From NCBI GenBank assembly GCA_038064475.1, contig JBBTTA010000002.1, positions 19,195-83,194 on the forward strand: a stretch of 64,000 nt of DNA, read 5' to 3'. Position numbers and translations under genes: made by a program. A model generated the notes under the pieces. It was not told the origin of the DNA. It saw only the letters and a program-made list of their open reading frames with translations, and did not search any database. This stretch comes from Patescibacteria group bacterium (GTDB lineage Bacteria; Patescibacteriota; Minisyncoccia; Phycocordibacterales; EsbW-18). Shown piece by piece: positions 62,342-64,000 of the stretch; the stretch's first letter is position 1, and each line of letters begins with the position of its first letter.

Positions 62342-62386
62342 GAGAAAAAGAAAAGCCCGACATGGGATCGAACCATGTTCGGGCTT
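62342..62386 (-). terminator. Intrinsic terminator AAGCCCGAACAUGG-loop-CCAUGUCGGGCUU + UUUUCUUUUU (minus strand)
   Basis: Stem with a 1-nt bulge. Downstream of the 62395 Nudix gene. Confidence 0.55.
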
Positions 62387-62394
62387 CAAAGGTT

Positions 62395-62877
62395 TCAGGC
62401 GGCGACTCGGTTGTTTTGAGCGAAGTAGTGGAAAGTCTCGAGCTTGGCCTTCCCCCACACGATTCCCTTCTTCAAGGCCATGAGGTGCGAGTACACCACC
62501 TGAGGGTGGTGCTCGTTGATGAGATCGGAGGTGATCTCGATCCACATCGGAGGCTCAACCCACTCGTTCTCGATGAGCTTCCGTTCCGTTCGGATCTGGC
62601 CTTCCCACTCGACTGCCATCCAGAAAGTTCTCAGGTTGAGCGGGTTGTTGGTATCGGGGTACTCCCCCTGCAGGTCGACGTTCTGTGGCCGAACTTCGAG
62701 CTCCTCCATCGCTTCGCGAATCATCGCGTCGTAGGGAGAAACGTCTCCCGTTTCCTGCATTCCGCCAGGGATTTTGAAACGTCGCCCGTCGAAGTGTGGA
62801 AGAAGAAGTGCATACGGCCGTCGCTTTTTCTCCTTGAGAAGAAGGATGCCGCAGAACCTGCTGACGGTATCAGCCAT
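62395..62877 (-). CDS. Nudix hydrolase (GC-rich)
   Basis: Nudix box GGMQETGDVSPYDAMIREAMEELEV. Confidence 0.65.
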   Translation of the reverse strand: MADTVSRFCGILLLKEKKRRPYALLLPHFDGRRFKIPGGMQETGDVSPYDAMIREAMEELEVRPQNVDLQGEYPDTNNPLNLRTFWMAVEWEGQIRTERKLIENEWVEPPMWIEITSDLINEHHPQVVYSHLMALKKGIVWGKAKLETFHYFAQNNRVAA

Positions 62878-62946
62878 GTAGCCCCCTGTACAAAGAACGC
62901 CTGATTGATTCAGGAATCGTCTGGGTAGGATTATAGCATTTTAAAC

Positions 62947-63561
62947 CTATTTGTCAATTCTTTTGTTTTTGTTTGGTTTGCAGAACGTTTTTCGATGAAG
63001 TTTTGAAAGACCATATTTTTTGATTGCGGTTATGTGCAACGCTGTTCCATAGCCCTTATGCACTTCAAACCCATACTTTGGATAGAGTTTTGCATATGTA
63101 CACATTCTCCTGTCGCGAAGCACTTTTGCACATACCGATGCGAGAGCAATTTCAAGATATGTCGCATCCCCTTTTGTGTATGCCTTCTGGTTTTTGAACA
63201 CCTCAGGCGCGCGCAACCCACCGTCGAGTTTCACTGCGTCAGTTGAGCGCGCGCTAGCCATCAAGAGTGCTTTTTTCATTCCCTTCCGAATAGCGTCAAC
63301 AATCCCTCTCGTATCGATATGCGAGGCAGAAACGAGAGCAACCCCATATGTGAGGTGCCCTTCTTTTTTGAGTTTCTGAATCTTTTTAAACCACTCCTCT
63401 CGACGCTTCTCGGGAAGCTGTTTTGAGTCCTTCACTTGGGGAAAGAGTCTTTTAACTGGCGATATATGCGAGATCCGTACAACCCCCACAGCAACAGGCC
63501 CAGCCAATGGCCCTCGACCTGCTTCATCCACCCCAACAATTCCTCTCCTTAAAGCTCCCAT
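62947..63561 (-). CDS. rnhB: Ribonuclease HII
   Basis: GVDEAGRGPLAGPV active-site motif. The ORF-track start at 63579 is probably extended. Confidence 0.85.
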   Translation of the reverse strand: MGALRRGIVGVDEAGRGPLAGPVAVGVVRISHISPVKRLFPQVKDSKQLPEKRREEWFKKIQKLKKEGHLTYGVALVSASHIDTRGIVDAIRKGMKKALLMASARSTDAVKLDGGLRAPEVFKNQKAYTKGDATYLEIALASVCAKVLRDRRMCTYAKLYPKYGFEVHKGYGTALHITAIKKYGLSKLHRKTFCKPNKNKRIDK

Positions 63562-63673
63562 ACCACAATTGTATAGCAAGAATCATGAAGCTAGAATCAT
63601 GAATCAGGGCACGTAAAATCTTGATTCATGATTCATAATTCCTGATTCTTAACCCGACATGTACAATGGGCGC

Positions 63674-64000
63674 ATGTCATCCGGTTTTGTCCATCTCCAC
63701 ACGCACTCACACTATTCCCTCTTGTCGGCTTTGCCCCGCATTCCTGAGTTGGTAAATACAGCGAAGGCTTTTGAAATGAAAGCGCTCGCACTCACCGACA
63801 ACGGCAATCTCTACGGCGTTATCGATTTTTATAAAGCATGTGTCAAAGCTCACATCAAACCAATTATTGGTGTTGATTTTTATCTTGCCGCGCGCACACG
63901 CTCTGATAAAGAGTCTGGAATCGACAGCCGCCGCAAACGTCTTGTCCTTCTCGCAAAAAATGAAGCTGGATACAAAAATCTTATTAAACTTGTTACGTAT
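63674..64000 (+). CDS. dnaE: DNA polymerase III alpha subunit, N-terminal PHP domain (partial; continues beyond window end)
   Basis: MSSGFVHLHTHSHYSLLSALPRIPELVNTAKAFEMKALALTDNGNLYGVIDFYKACVKAHIKPIIGVDFYLA is the PHP-domain start of DnaE. No stop in the window, so it is absent from the ORF track. Confidence 0.8.
   Translation, partial: MSSGFVHLHTHSHYSLLSALPRIPELVNTAKAFEMKALALTDNGNLYGVIDFYKACVKAHIKPIIGVDFYLAARTRSDKESGIDSRRKRLVLLAKNEAGYKNLIKLVTY

Noticed and set aside
62353-62386. GGGATCGAACC T-loop-like sequence
   Set aside because: A CATGG/CCATG stem with a TTCGATC loop mimics a T-arm, but there is no acceptor or anticodon arm. It functions as the terminator hairpin of the Nudix gene.

Overview
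This is a low-GC (~44%) bacterial chromosomal segment with short genes and minimalist versions of core proteins (749-aa ValS, 762-aa SMC, RF2 with no frameshift site), which fits a Patescibacteria/CPR-like genome; that lineage call is an inference. Core genes seen: uvrA (partial), tsaD, valS, prsW, hsp20, lepA, murJ, nrdAB, rpmG, rpmF, rnc, a nusB-Nudix fusion, rnr, smc, ftsEX, prfB, rnhB, dnaE (partial). Seven tRNAs are present (Phe, Arg, Gly, Trp, Tyr, Gln, Thr). An RNase P RNA lies on the minus strand. About 23.5-37 kb is an accessory region. A large serine recombinase abuts tRNA-Tyr, and next to it sits a tight minus-strand operon: a GHKL-ATPase/sigma70-region-4/DnaA-C-terminal fusion protein (941 aa), a TIR-like protein and a multi-TM protein. 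I regard this as a candidate undescribed defense system on an integrative element. Right of tRNA-Tyr lies a second accessory patch: DUF2726 nuclease-fold protein, NYN RNase, MazF-like toxin, a ~0.7-1 kb ORF-free UUCG-rich region (candidate large structured RNA), and three paralogous promoter-sRNA-terminator modules. Two repeat families stand out. One is a ~100-nt element present three times with compensatory base changes in its stems. The other is a hairpin module reused three times inside rnpB and once as the rnr terminator. Several GC-rich (~52-58%) small-gene islets carry canonical sigma70 promoters. No CRISPR array and no rRNA were found.
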